Assembly (NCBI GenBank): GCA_021818715.1
Contig: JAKATN010000003.1
Span: 31,093 to 95,092 of the forward strand
Reading direction: 5' to 3'
DNA: 64,000 nt
Origin: Thermoplasmata archaeon
Lineage (GTDB): Archaea; Thermoplasmatota; Thermoplasmata; Thermoplasmatales; Thermoplasmataceae
The position numbers and the translations under genes are program-made. Positions 17,915 to 27,440 of the stretch are shown here, in pieces (within the stretch, counting starts at the first letter, position 1; every line of letters begins with the position of its first letter). Under the pieces are notes generated by a model that had not been told where the DNA came from, did no database searches, and was given only the letters and a program-made list of their open reading frames with translations.

Positions 17915-19126
17915 ATGCAGTTTAAGTTTTCGGCTCTCGCGGATGCCATGAAACCGTCTGAAATCAGGGAACTGCTGAAATATGTATCTGTTCCCGGACT
18001 GATATCGTTTGGTGGAGGGATGCCACATCCTTCATCTTTTCCTGTGAATGATATTAACACCATTACTTCTGACCTTCTGTTGGAAAAGGGCAGGCAGCTT
18101 CTGCAGTACGGTTCAACGCAGGGGTATGAAGACCTCAGGGTTCAGCTTGTGAAGTTGGTTAAAGAGACAGAAAACATCAGCACAGACAAGGATCATTTTG
18201 TGCTGACAGCCGGATCCCAGGAAGCACTCTATTCCGTCTCGAAGATAATGACAACACCAGGAGAGGAGGTTCTCTGCGAAGCGCCGACTTATATAGGCAC
18301 CATTTCAGCTTTCAGGGCTAACGGCACGGTGATGAGGGGGATACCGATGGACGAGAATGGGATCCTGACGGAAAAACTGGAGGAAAAGATCAAGACCATG
18401 AAGGCTGCGGGCAAGCTGCCCAAGTTCATTTACCTTATACCGACCTTTCAGAACCCTTCCGGTATTTCCCTATCTCTGGACCGAAGAAAGCACGTGCTAG
18501 AACTGGCATCCCGGTATCAGATCCCGATTGTCGAGGACAACCCTTACGGAGAACTCAGGTATTCCGGCAATAAGCTGCCAAGCCTGAAATCGCTCGACAA
18601 AGAGGATCTTGTGATATACATGAGCACGTTTTCAAAGATTCTATCGCCTGGCCTGAGAGTAGGGTTTACCTGCGCACCCGATGCCGTCGTGAACAAGATG
18701 AACCTGCTAAAGCAGGCAACAAACCTGGCGACAAATACACTCGCCGAGGCTATTGCTGCGGAATATCTCAAGAGGGACCTGATGAGGAAGAATATGCCCG
18801 CAGTTGTAAAGATGTACAGGGAAAAGCGTGATACAATGATCGATGCCCTTGAAACAAATTTCGGAAGCGATGCAAATTGGTCTCACCCTGACGGTGGAAT
18901 GTTCCTCTGGCTGGCGCTGAATGACAAGATCAACACCACCGATATGCTCAAGAGAGCCATTGAAAAGAAAGTGGCGTACGTGAGCGGAAGCGCATTTTAT
19001 CCTAACAACCCCACCTTCAACACCATGAGACTGAATTTCACTTATTCAGACAACGATCAGATAGTTGACGGCATCTCCAGACTGGCCAAGGTCGCGAAGG
19101 AAGAGATTTCATTGATCGCGCCTTAA
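17915..19126 (+). CDS. PLP-dependent class I/II aminotransferase (2-aminoadipate/aromatic aminotransferase-like)
   Basis: MKPSEIRELLK...ISFGGGMPHPSSFP is the N-terminal signature, and STFSKILSPGLRVG carries the PLP lysine. The frame is open from 17864 but the ATG at 17915 (MQFKFS) is preferred. Confidence 0.8.
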   Translation: MQFKFSALADAMKPSEIRELLKYVSVPGLISFGGGMPHPSSFPVNDINTITSDLLLEKGRQLLQYGSTQGYEDLRVQLVKLVKETENISTDKDHFVLTAGSQEALYSVSKIMTTPGEEVLCEAPTYIGTISAFRANGTVMRGIPMDENGILTEKLEEKIKTMKAAGKLPKFIYLIPTFQNPSGISLSLDRRKHVLELASRYQIPIVEDNPYGELRYSGNKLPSLKSLDKEDLVIYMSTFSKILSPGLRVGFTCAPDAVVNKMNLLKQATNLATNTLAEAIAAEYLKRDLMRKNMPAVVKMYREKRDTMIDALETNFGSDANWSHPDGGMFLWLALNDKINTTDMLKRAIEKKVAYVSGSAFYPNNPTFNTMRLNFTYSDNDQIVDGISRLAKVAKEEISLIAP

Positions 19127-19139
19127 GCGAATTTGCCAG

Positions 19140-20108
19140 ATGACAGTCATCATTGCAGGCACTTTCAGCGCACTCCACAGGGGCCATAAGGATCTGTTCG
19201 CCGCAGCGCTGTCCACAGGGGAGAAGCTCATTTTAGGGCTCACCACTGACAGTTTCGTTTCCAGTAGCAAGGAGTACAAACTTCCCGGTTACGATTTCAG
19301 GAGAAGGGCGCTGGAAGATTACCTCAGGAGCACCGGCATTGAATTCGAGATAAAGCCTCTTGGTGACACATGGGGGAATTCCACCACTTCTGACAAATAT
19401 TCCACAATAGTTGTATCCCCGGAATCCGCAGGAAACGCCAGATTGATTAATGCGGAGCGGGAGAGGAATGGCCTGAAAAAACTCAAAGTGATTGTAGTGC
19501 CGTTTGCACTGGGTGACGATTATTTCCCGATCAAGTCTTCCAGGGTACTGGAAGGCGAGATTACTCCGGAAGGAAAGAGAATCAAACCCATCAGGATTGT
19601 TGTGCCCACCTCAAACCGGTACAAGGCCAATGCCGTCAGGGAATTTTTTCACACCCGGATTCCTGGCGCAGAAATGTCCGTGAGCAAAGAATACTCAACC
19701 CCATCTGAACAGCCCTTTGGGGAAGACACATACAGATATGCAGAGGAAAGGGCCAGACAGGTTATTGGGGAATCGGATTATGCCGTCTCAATTGAAAGCG
19801 GACTGTTCAGGATCAACGGAGAGGAGAAGTATCTTGACGTGCATTTCTGCTACATCCTAGACAGATTCGGTAAATCGTCTGTTGGCACCAGCAGCGGTCT
19901 GATGATCCCACCGGAGATCATTGCTGAGATAAAGAAGGGCTATGACGAAGGGAAGGCTTACGTGAGACTATACGGCGACAGCAGCATATATTCAGCCGGT
20001 GGGATAGCAGGTGCGCTTTCCGGTGATTCCCTCAAAAGGATCGAACTTTTTTCGGAAGCGGTCAGGAATGCGTTTGTGCCAAGGATGCGCCCTGAATTCT
20101 ATTTATGA
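19140..20108 (+). CDS. Fusion protein: archaeal phosphopantetheine adenylyltransferase-like cytidylyltransferase domain + DUF84/YjjX-type (d)ITP/XTP NTPase domain
   Basis: The N-terminus GTFSALHRGHKDLF is the (H/T)xGH nucleotidyltransferase motif. The C-terminal half (IRIVVPTSNRYKANAV...PSEQPFGEDTYRYAEERA...AVSIESGL) matches the DUF84 NTPase pattern. Confidence 0.7.
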   Translation: MTVIIAGTFSALHRGHKDLFAAALSTGEKLILGLTTDSFVSSSKEYKLPGYDFRRRALEDYLRSTGIEFEIKPLGDTWGNSTTSDKYSTIVVSPESAGNARLINAERERNGLKKLKVIVVPFALGDDYFPIKSSRVLEGEITPEGKRIKPIRIVVPTSNRYKANAVREFFHTRIPGAEMSVSKEYSTPSEQPFGEDTYRYAEERARQVIGESDYAVSIESGLFRINGEEKYLDVHFCYILDRFGKSSVGTSSGLMIPPEIIAEIKKGYDEGKAYVRLYGDSSIYSAGGIAGALSGDSLKRIELFSEAVRNAFVPRMRPEFYL

Positions 20109-20200
20109 TTTCTGCCCTTTGTGGAAAACGCGCAGTCAGCCCAGTTTATAGCGCCTAAAAATTAAAAACAGTTAAGTAAGCTTTAGCGATCTCATACGGG

Positions 20201-20506
20201 ATGGAAATGGTGACAAAGGAGGAGATACTTGAGCAATTGAAAGTGGTCTCCGATCCGGAAATAGGGATGGACATTGTCAACCTGGGGCTGGTTTACGAAG
20301 TCACCATCAATGGGGACCGCGTTTACATAAAAATGACCATGACTGCTCCGACCTGCCCCGTAACCCCATGGATACTGTCTGAGGCACAGAAGGTGGTGGA
20401 AAACATTGAAGGAGTGGAAGCAGCGGACGTGGAACTTGTCTGGGAACCCCCGTGGAACCCTTCCATGATGACGGATTTTGCCAAGGAAGCCCTGAACATG
20501 ATGTGA
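20201..20506 (+). CDS. DUF59/MIP18-family Fe-S cluster assembly protein
   Basis: The reading L..V.DPEIGMDIVNLGLVY...MTMTAPTCPV is the canonical DUF59 motif with its conserved Cys. Confidence 0.85.
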   Translation: MEMVTKEEILEQLKVVSDPEIGMDIVNLGLVYEVTINGDRVYIKMTMTAPTCPVTPWILSEAQKVVENIEGVEAADVELVWEPPWNPSMMTDFAKEALNMM

Positions 20507-20628
20507 TTCACCGTCCTATGCACTGACCAATTGCATTAAATTTCAGGCGCATTCCCAATATTTGCCAGTTAAATCCACCCATGAAGGGCGCCATGCTTCA
20601 GGGCTGACGTCACTTCAAATTGAGCTGT

Positions 20629-20648
20629 ATTTAAATACATTTAAATAC
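20629..20648 (+). promoter_or_regulatory. Tandem duplicated TATA-box-like element upstream of tbp
   Basis: ATTTAAATAC occurs twice back-to-back (20629..20638 and 20639..20648). The distal copy lies about 30 nt upstream of the tbp ATG cluster, consistent with a short-leader or leaderless transcript. Confidence 0.5.
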
Positions 20649-20676
20649 TGTCTAAAAATCCAACTCGCTTGTGGTT

Positions 20677-21234
20677 ATGATGAGTGAGCGCGAAAAAATA
20701 AACATAGAGAATATTGTGGCATCCACCTCTCTTGCGGAGCATCTGGATCTCAGCAAGATAGCACTTGCCCTTGACGGTTCAGAATACGAGCCTGAGCAAT
20801 TTCCAGGGTTGATTTACAGGCTGCATGAGCCAAAGACTGCCGTCCTCATATTCAGGAGCGGAAAAGTGAACTGCACTGGTGCAAAGAATCTGGAGAATGT
20901 CAGACTTACGATTGAAACGATAATAAAGAAACTTAAGAGCGCAGGAATCGAGGTATATGACAAGCCAGATATTGTTGTACAGAACATTGTTGCCGTTTAC
21001 GACCTCGAATCCGACCTGAATCTGACAGACATCGCAATGTCCCTGGGTCTTGAAAACGTGGAATACGAGCCGGAGCAGTTTCCGGGCCTTGTGTACAGGG
21101 TCGAGGAGCCAAAGGTGGTTCTGCTGCTCTTTGGATCCGGGAAAGTTGTATGCACCGGAGCAAAGGAAGAGAGTGAAATTGAACAGGCTGTTATAAAGGT
21201 CAAGAAGGACCTGCAGAAAGTGGGACTGATCTGA
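20677..21234 (+). CDS. tbp: TATA-box binding protein
   Basis: Two direct repeats are present (NIVAS..L..I..A....EYEPEQFPGLIYRL..PK.A.LIFRSGK.NCTGAK and the second copy ..EYEPEQFPGLVYRV..PK...LLFGSGKVVCTGAK). The frame is open from the GTG at 20671. Confidence 0.95.
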   Translation: MMSEREKINIENIVASTSLAEHLDLSKIALALDGSEYEPEQFPGLIYRLHEPKTAVLIFRSGKVNCTGAKNLENVRLTIETIIKKLKSAGIEVYDKPDIVVQNIVAVYDLESDLNLTDIAMSLGLENVEYEPEQFPGLVYRVEEPKVVLLLFGSGKVVCTGAKEESEIEQAVIKVKKDLQKVGLI

Positions 21235-21266
21235 TCCCCTGCATTAGGTAATTTTCCTGGCAGGGG

Positions 21267-22523
21267 TCATGGACCGGAATACACCGTCATATCGGGATTC
21301 CTCAGGAATTCCCGCATTACGGAGGTAGCGTACATCCCCTTTCCAAGGGCAAATGAGACCCAGTTCCCGTCAGAAGATTGAAAATCTGCCAGTACCCCAC
21401 TTATCGACCTCCTGCTTCCTTTGGAGCTGAGTTCCGGGTGCCCCTCTATGCTGAAGCTGGAATGGCTGATCATTTCCATCTCGAGCAGTTCCCTCTCAAT
21501 ATCTCCCTGCAGGCCACCTTCAATGGCAGACTCGTATCCCGGTAGGGGTGCAGTTATTGCTGCCTTCCCGCTCCTGACTAGGCCCGCAATCTTCTGTTGG
21601 TTGAATGGGGTGACTTTTATCTGGTCGTTTCCAGGGTTTCCGAAGCCGTCCACCGGTACACACACATCTCCGATCTGCGTTTCCAATACGGATCTGGTGA
21701 CTTCAAACCTCTTTGACACGATCCTGTTGAAAATGTATGACTGGTAGGCATGGACGAAGAGCATCTTCAACTGCATTGGCAGGTAATCAAACGCTTCGGA
21801 TTTCCTTCCCTCCAGAATTTTCTGAAGCAGGACCCTTTCGTTAGACAGATGCAGGGGAAAATTTTTCAGTGCTTCCCTGGCATCCCTGCTCTTTTCATAT
21901 TCCAGCCTGAACCATTCAGTGTCGATTGCCGGATCACAGATATACTCGTCTACGGCATCTTCATATTTTCCCATCAAAAGGAGCTTCCCCACCCTGTGTG
22001 TGATCGGCCTCTGAGCGCCAAAACGCTGCGGACCGAAGAAGTTTATGAAGCCAGCTTCGCTGAGATCACGTGAAATGGACATTATCCTGTCCGAAAAATT
22101 AGCGTTTGCCTCAATCCTAATGCTAAAACGGTTTCCAAGAAGGTCGCCAAGCCTAATCATGGCTGGTGATCGGTACTGCTCTATAACCTCCACGTCCTTC
22201 ATCGCCGGTTGAATATCGCTAACATCGGCGTTAATGCAGAACCACTGCGTCGTGACTCCTCTTTTGTCCTTTGTGCCGGCATAGGAAATCCTTTTCCTGC
22301 TTATCCTGAGCATCCCGGCCAGCTCACCCAGGAAATGGTTGGTGTCCCAGTTGGTCAACCTCACCTTGATGTGCAGGTACTTTCCGTTTGGGTCCCTCGG
22401 GAAATCCAAAGGGATTTCATCCACAATAAAATCCGCCGGCGAATCCTTTATGTGACCAGGAATTCCCTCACCGGAGGTGGTATATCCGGCAATACCTATT
22501 TCTGTTTCCGAGAACCCTTTCAA
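21267..22523 (-). CDS. truD: tRNA pseudouridine synthase D (Pus7-like)
   Basis: It has GTKDKRGVTTQ (the catalytic Asp motif) and NFFGPQRFG. Confidence 0.9.
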   Translation of the reverse strand: MKGFSETEIGIAGYTTSGEGIPGHIKDSPADFIVDEIPLDFPRDPNGKYLHIKVRLTNWDTNHFLGELAGMLRISRKRISYAGTKDKRGVTTQWFCINADVSDIQPAMKDVEVIEQYRSPAMIRLGDLLGNRFSIRIEANANFSDRIMSISRDLSEAGFINFFGPQRFGAQRPITHRVGKLLLMGKYEDAVDEYICDPAIDTEWFRLEYEKSRDAREALKNFPLHLSNERVLLQKILEGRKSEAFDYLPMQLKMLFVHAYQSYIFNRIVSKRFEVTRSVLETQIGDVCVPVDGFGNPGNDQIKVTPFNQQKIAGLVRSGKAAITAPLPGYESAIEGGLQGDIERELLEMEMISHSSFSIEGHPELSSKGSRRSISGVLADFQSSDGNWVSFALGKGMYATSVMREFLRNPDMTVYSGP

Positions 22524-23620
22524 TATACCTTTACCGTCCTGTAGAGATTGTCCCGTTCCACCGGTACCTTTCCTATCTCCCTTAGGGCATCAATTATGAT
22601 CTCCCTGCCGAGGTTTCCAACATCCTTGCCCGTCGCGGGAATAACTTTCTCGTCGTATATTGTGCCTCCCCAGTCGTTTGCTCCGGAAAGCACGCTGAGT
22701 TGTCCCATCTGTATCCCGTTGGTAAGCCATGAACTCTGGACTATGGGAAGTTCTCTACCGAAGGCGATCCTTGAGATCGCAATGTTCCGGATGACTTCGT
22801 CGCCCCCGCTGCGAAACTTCACCAGACCGCTTTCTTCCAGCTTGGTCTTTCCCGGTTCGAAATTCCATGGTGTGAAGGAAAGGAATCCATGGTATTTCTT
22901 CTGCAGGGAGAGTATTCTATGCAGGTGATCAGCCCTGTGATAACTGTTTTCAACGTGCCCGAACATCATTGTGGCTGTGCTTTTTATCCCGATCCTGTGA
23001 GCAGTTTCCATGACATTTATCCATTCGATTTCACTGCCCTTCGGCCTGCCAAGGATTTTTCTGACGTCCTCATGGAATATCTCAGCACCTGCTCCCGGTA
23101 TTGTTTCAAGTCCGGAATCCCTGAGTTGTTTCAGGAGTTCTTCAACCGTGATCCTTGCCTTTTTCGCTATGAAGGATATCTCAGACGTGGAGAGGCCGTT
23201 TATCCCTATCCTCGGGAATTCTTCCTTTATCCTCTTGAAGAGTTCGAGGTAATAACCAATGTCAAGTGAGGGATTCACGCCTCCCTGGATCAGGAGCTGT
23301 GTTATCCCGTATTTGTCGTAATATTTTTCTATCTCCTCTATGACCCTGTCGATGGAGAAGGTGTAGGAATCGCTTTCCTTCCCGGTTCTGTAGAAAGCGC
23401 AGAAATTGCACCTGACATTGCATATGTTGGTGTAGTTCAGAATCAGGTTCGATACAAAGGAAACTCTGTTTCCGCTGATCTCGTCCGAAACTCTGGAAGC
23501 TATCTCCGAAAGCGTCGGCGTGTCCACCTCGTCGTACAGGTATTCAACATCCTCCAGTTTCAACTCGCCTCTGAGGGAAGCTGTAACAAGATCCTCAAGA
23601 TCCATTTCCAGAATTTGCAC
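22520..23620 (-). CDS. Radical SAM enzyme of the CofH/MqnC/MqnE family
   Basis: It has CNVRCNFCAFYR (CxxxCxxC), LIQGGVNP and MMFGHVE, plus the length and layout of the FO-synthase / futalosine-pathway family. Exact function is not resolved. Confidence 0.75.
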   Translation of the reverse strand: MQILEMDLEDLVTASLRGELKLEDVEYLYDEVDTPTLSEIASRVSDEISGNRVSFVSNLILNYTNICNVRCNFCAFYRTGKESDSYTFSIDRVIEEIEKYYDKYGITQLLIQGGVNPSLDIGYYLELFKRIKEEFPRIGINGLSTSEISFIAKKARITVEELLKQLRDSGLETIPGAGAEIFHEDVRKILGRPKGSEIEWINVMETAHRIGIKSTATMMFGHVENSYHRADHLHRILSLQKKYHGFLSFTPWNFEPGKTKLEESGLVKFRSGGDEVIRNIAISRIAFGRELPIVQSSWLTNGIQMGQLSVLSGANDWGGTIYDEKVIPATGKDVGNLGREIIIDALREIGKVPVERDNLYRTVKVY

Positions 23621-23676
23621 TTTCTAAAATGATAAAAGGTTAAATAAAGTTTGGACAGAGCCGATAATCGGCCTGT

Positions 23677-24288
23677 CTAAACCTTGACTCTCTTCAGGTA
23701 CCAGCGCTCTGCCCCCTCTTTCTCCCTCTTGGCAGCCTCCTCGATTGTTACGGGGGCGCCCTGGATGCCTTCCATGCCTTCGGTCCAGTTTGCAGGAGTC
23801 GCGAGTTTGTGGTCCCAGTTGAATTTCAGCGCCTTGATGACCCTGATGATCTCGTCAATGTTTCGCCCGGTTTCAGCAGGATAATAGATCATCCATCTCA
23901 CAATCTGGTTTGGATCGATTATGAACACTCCCCTGACGGTAAGGCCGGCTTTCTCCTCAATCAGGTTGTAAGCCCGCGCCACTTCCTTGTCTATGTCGGC
24001 TATCACTGGGAACGGTATGTCCACTTTGTAATGCTCCTTGATGTCCCGAAGCCAGGCCAGGTGACTGTAAATGCTGTCAACGCTCAGCCCTATCAGTTCA
24101 ACACCGAGTTTCCTGAAATCTTCGTACCTGCTGGCAAACGCCATGAATTCTGTGGTGCATACCGGCGTGAAGTCGGCCGGGTGCGAAAAGAGCAGAACCC
24201 ACTTTCCTTTCAGTGATGAGAGCACAATTGGACCCTTAGTAGTATTCGCCGTAAAGTCCGGTGCCTTTTGTCCTAGATATACTGGCAT
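23677..24288 (-). CDS. Peroxiredoxin (archaeal Prx6/1-Cys-like type)
   Basis: It has APDFTANTTKG, FSHPADFTPVCTTE (the peroxidatic Cys motif) and DPN.IVR. The frame is open to 24315 and the ATG at 24288 (MPVYLG) is preferred. Confidence 0.9.
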   Translation of the reverse strand: MPVYLGQKAPDFTANTTKGPIVLSSLKGKWVLLFSHPADFTPVCTTEFMAFASRYEDFRKLGVELIGLSVDSIYSHLAWLRDIKEHYKVDIPFPVIADIDKEVARAYNLIEEKAGLTVRGVFIIDPNQIVRWMIYYPAETGRNIDEIIRVIKALKFNWDHKLATPANWTEGMEGIQGAPVTIEEAAKREKEGAERWYLKRVKV

Positions 24289-24365
24289 ATTTTTCCTCAG
24301 CATACGAATGCCCATCTTACTTTATAATCTTTCTAAATGCGCAAACTGTGCTCACATGCCAAAAC

Positions 24366-24602
24366 TTAAATATCATTGAATGCGGAGTAGCAATAATAAC
24401 GCCTTCTCGAATCGTTCAGACATATCTGGACAAAGACAAGCCCTCTTTCCTTCAACTCGTGCAGGGCGTACATGATGGTCCTTCTCGAAAGCCCGGTTTC
24501 ATCCTGTATGGACTCGATTGTCGCAACCTTCAGATCCCTCAGAACCCTTATCACGTACCTGGAAGAGTTGGGAAGCCCGGGATAGGCGAAAGTGGAATCC
24601 AT
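24366..24602 (-). CDS. Small winged-helix (TrmB/ArsR-like) transcriptional regulator
   Basis: VIRVLRDLKVATIESIQDETGLSRRTIMYALHELKERGLV fits an HTH plus wing. It is divergent from the ABC transporter pair. Confidence 0.6.
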   Translation of the reverse strand: MDSTFAYPGLPNSSRYVIRVLRDLKVATIESIQDETGLSRRTIMYALHELKERGLVFVQICLNDSRRRYYCYSAFNDI

Positions 24603-24783
24603 GTGATCCTATCATTTTGCCCGCATATAAATATGAATTGTGACGTTGTGATGAAATTGGTTGACAGCCGCATTTTTGATCGAAGTAATCGGGTATCCGC
24701 TAGAACGAATAATCCACGGTTTCGTAAGGTCTGGTGCGATCATAAACCAATCATGTTTAATTATCCTGCCTTAATGCAGGAAA

Positions 24784-25698
24784 ATGGTTGTTCCCCTTCT
24801 CGTTAAAGATCTCAGGAAGGACTACCTGGTCAAGGGGAAAGTTACCAGCGCTCTGCGGGGACTCTCGCTAACTGCATCCAGGCCGATGATACTATCTATA
24901 CTGGGAAGAAATGGATCCGGCAAGACCACTTTTGTCAAGATAGCCACGGGACAACTGATTCCTGGCTCAGGGACAGTGGAGATATTCGGGCATGATGTCA
25001 TTTCTTCTCCGGCATCGGTAAAAGGACTTATTTCCCTAGTTCCACAGGAATGCAGGCCATGGGGACACATGACTCCAAGAGAGCATATCTATCATTACCA
25101 GCGAATACTTGGAAATTCACGCGAGGGGGCAAGGGATCGTGTTCAGTTCATCAGCGACATGCTGCGCATCGGCTCCTTCATGGACACTGAGGCGGTGAAC
25201 CTCTCCGGAGGGCAGAGGCAGCTCATAGTGGTCGGCATGTCTCTCTCAGCTGAAGCTGACATTTATTTTCTCGACGAACCAACGATTGGGCTGGACGTAA
25301 TCACCCGGAAAAACGTCTGGGAAGGGATCAGATATTTCAGGAAACTTGGGAAGACAATCGTGCTTACCACCCATTACCTGGACGAGGCTTCGGCGCTGAG
25401 CGACGAGATTGCGGTTGTCAGCGAGGGGAGACTGCTGGCCCAGGGTACGCTTCAACAGCTCCAGAACATGCTCGACTACAACACCAGAATCAGGATCCCT
25501 GCAGGCTTCGCTAAAGGCAGTCTGGAACCTTACGGGAAGGTTGTCAGCGAAAGCCAGTACGAAATCCTGTATACCGACGAGAAGAGGGTAGAGGAGATCA
25601 TCCTCTCTGCAGGACTGCTTAAAACAAGGATCGAGATAGGTCCTGTGGGTCTGGACGACGTGTTTATTTCGCTGGTGGGTGGTAGCATTGAAGACTAG
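24784..25698 (+). CDS. ABC transporter ATP-binding protein (ABC-2 type system)
   Basis: It has Walker A GRNGSGKTT, signature LSGGQRQ, Walker B IYFLDEPT and an H-loop TTHY. Confidence 0.9.
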   Translation: MVVPLLVKDLRKDYLVKGKVTSALRGLSLTASRPMILSILGRNGSGKTTFVKIATGQLIPGSGTVEIFGHDVISSPASVKGLISLVPQECRPWGHMTPREHIYHYQRILGNSREGARDRVQFISDMLRIGSFMDTEAVNLSGGQRQLIVVGMSLSAEADIYFLDEPTIGLDVITRKNVWEGIRYFRKLGKTIVLTTHYLDEASALSDEIAVVSEGRLLAQGTLQQLQNMLDYNTRIRIPAGFAKGSLEPYGKVVSESQYEILYTDEKRVEEIILSAGLLKTRIEIGPVGLDDVFISLVGGSIED

Positions 25699-26437
25699 CA
25701 TCATAAGGGACATCCGGGCCTGGCAGAGCTTCACCATGCTAAATGGACTGATACCAATCTTCAGGAGACCGCTTGCACTTGTCGCAATTCTCTCCACTCC
25801 GCTCTCTTTCCTGTTCTTCGTGGACATTTTCAGCCACGGCACTCAGCTTCTGGTGGGATCCATAGGCGGCCTTATTTTCACTGTGATAAACGCAGCCACG
25901 ATGCTGCAAAGCGACCTGCTTTTCGGAAAGATTGACCTCAAGTTCCAGCAGATGATAGCTACCACCGGAATCAGCCCTCTGGTCTATGTAATGGGGATGG
26001 CCACCGGCGACATAGTGTTCATCCTTCCAGGAGCCATATTCTTTCTTGGGGTTATAGTGTACCTCACGCCCGTTACAGTTCTGGATGTCGCATTGATCAT
26101 CTTTGCTGCGTTCCTTACCTGGGTGTTTTTCTCCCTATTTTCCTACATGATTTCAAGGAAAGTTAGGGAGATGAGGGAAATATGGCCGATTTCTGTCATA
26201 TTTGGGATAGTCTTTGCCGTGATACCTCCAATATACTATTCCCTGAATTCCATTCCCGTACCATTTCAGTATTTCGCATACTTGGTGCCCACCACATTTG
26301 CAGCCCTGATCATAAAGGACGCGGTTGCAAACTCACTGGGTTCCTTGCCTATTCCGTTGTTCGTGTATTTTGTGGAAACCGTCCTTATGGTCGTCTTTGC
26401 AACGCGAATATCTGACTGGAGACAGCAGACAATATGA
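25679..26437 (+). CDS. ABC-2 type transporter permease
   Basis: It is a 6-TM hydrophobic protein that overlaps the ATPase gene by 20 nt. Confidence 0.7.
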   Translation: MVALKTSIIRDIRAWQSFTMLNGLIPIFRRPLALVAILSTPLSFLFFVDIFSHGTQLLVGSIGGLIFTVINAATMLQSDLLFGKIDLKFQQMIATTGISPLVYVMGMATGDIVFILPGAIFFLGVIVYLTPVTVLDVALIIFAAFLTWVFFSLFSYMISRKVREMREIWPISVIFGIVFAVIPPIYYSLNSIPVPFQYFAYLVPTTFAALIIKDAVANSLGSLPIPLFVYFVETVLMVVFATRISDWRQQTI

Positions 26438-26792
26438 CATTATTGTTTTGCTTATAGGGACTTATTCAATGCATGATCAGTGGTTACACGGAACGCTTTG
26501 AGGTTCAAATTTTGTCATATGCAGAAGACGGATCCTGGACTGTTCTGTGCGGGCATACGTGTCCAGTGATTCGCCGAAACCTGCTGCATTCACCAGCTTT
26601 AAGAAAGAAGCCTGCGAATGGGAGCTTATATCCTCTCGATATATGGCTGGTACATAGCTTAAAGCTATTGTTGCAGTTGGAGTATTCAATCCCTATGGTA
26701 TCAGGAATATCAAAGCATCAAAGACAATTTATCTGCTGCTTTCCCGAAATAACCCTATCCTTTAACATACTATGATGCGGTAATGCCGGTTT

Positions 26793-27440
26793 TCAGGGGT
26801 AAATGAATTCCTGATCATACTGATAGTTGAATGACAGTGGCTGTCCGTTGAAATAATATGGGCCGATCTCAAGGATTGGGGTCAGGGTGACGGTAAAGTT
26901 GAAGGAATAGTTTCCGGCATTTATGTATGAGGCTTCAAGAACCGTATCGTTTGTGTTTATAATATATGAACCACCTGCCGTGGAGTCATAAGTCCCCTGA
27001 TAAACAAGGTTCGCGGACTGGAGTACATTATCCCTGTTGAAATTGGGAAGATTTAAATACGTGCCGTTAACTGTGAGGATGGAACTGGCTATCTGAAAAG
27101 CTATTCCGGTGTAGGGCCAGTGAAGTGTCTCTCCTTGGAGCCAGAAATAGTCTATCATGAGCCACCATGAAAGATTTGAGTTCAAGTCCATTACAGGGAT
27201 GCCTCCTGCCGGCTGGATAAAATACCCGATGCTTACGAGGTTCCCGTTTACGGTAAAGTTGCTGTAGGCAACTTTAGTAAGGGGCCAACCTAGAGGGACG
27301 TTTTTATAATACGTGTAATAGTGCGACTCCACATTCCATTTTGGAGGTTCGTGCAGGTATTCAAGGGTGCTGAAAGTTCCAATGCCTATCAATGCAAACG
27401 CGACGGCGGCGGTAATTATAACTTTCGTTAGGTACTTCAT
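26793..27440 (-). CDS. Secreted/cell-surface protein, N/Y/S/T-rich, unknown function
   Basis: It has the N-terminal signal anchor MKYLTKVIITAAVAFALIGIG followed by a beta-rich Asn/Tyr-rich sequence. Its ATG overlaps the upstream stop (ATGA at 27437..27440). Confidence 0.4.
   Translation of the reverse strand: MKYLTKVIITAAVAFALIGIGTFSTLEYLHEPPKWNVESHYYTYYKNVPLGWPLTKVAYSNFTVNGNLVSIGYFIQPAGGIPVMDLNSNLSWWLMIDYFWLQGETLHWPYTGIAFQIASSILTVNGTYLNLPNFNRDNVLQSANLVYQGTYDSTAGGSYIINTNDTVLEASYINAGNYSFNFTVTLTPILEIGPYYFNGQPLSFNYQYDQEFIYP

Noticed and set aside
24261-24806. A 181-aa plus-strand ORF upstream of the ABC ATPase.
   Set aside because: It overlaps the peroxiredoxin start and the better-supported 78-aa winged-helix regulator on the minus strand, and its composition is not protein-like.
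26477-26689. A 70-aa minus-strand ORF (…SFLKLVNAAGFGESLD…) and the 100-aa plus-strand ORF 26473..26775 in the 355-bp gap after the ABC permease. These were considered as a methyltransferase C-terminal pseudogene fragment.
   Set aside because: Only a short aGF-type motif supports it, which is too weak to call. The region is left unannotated.
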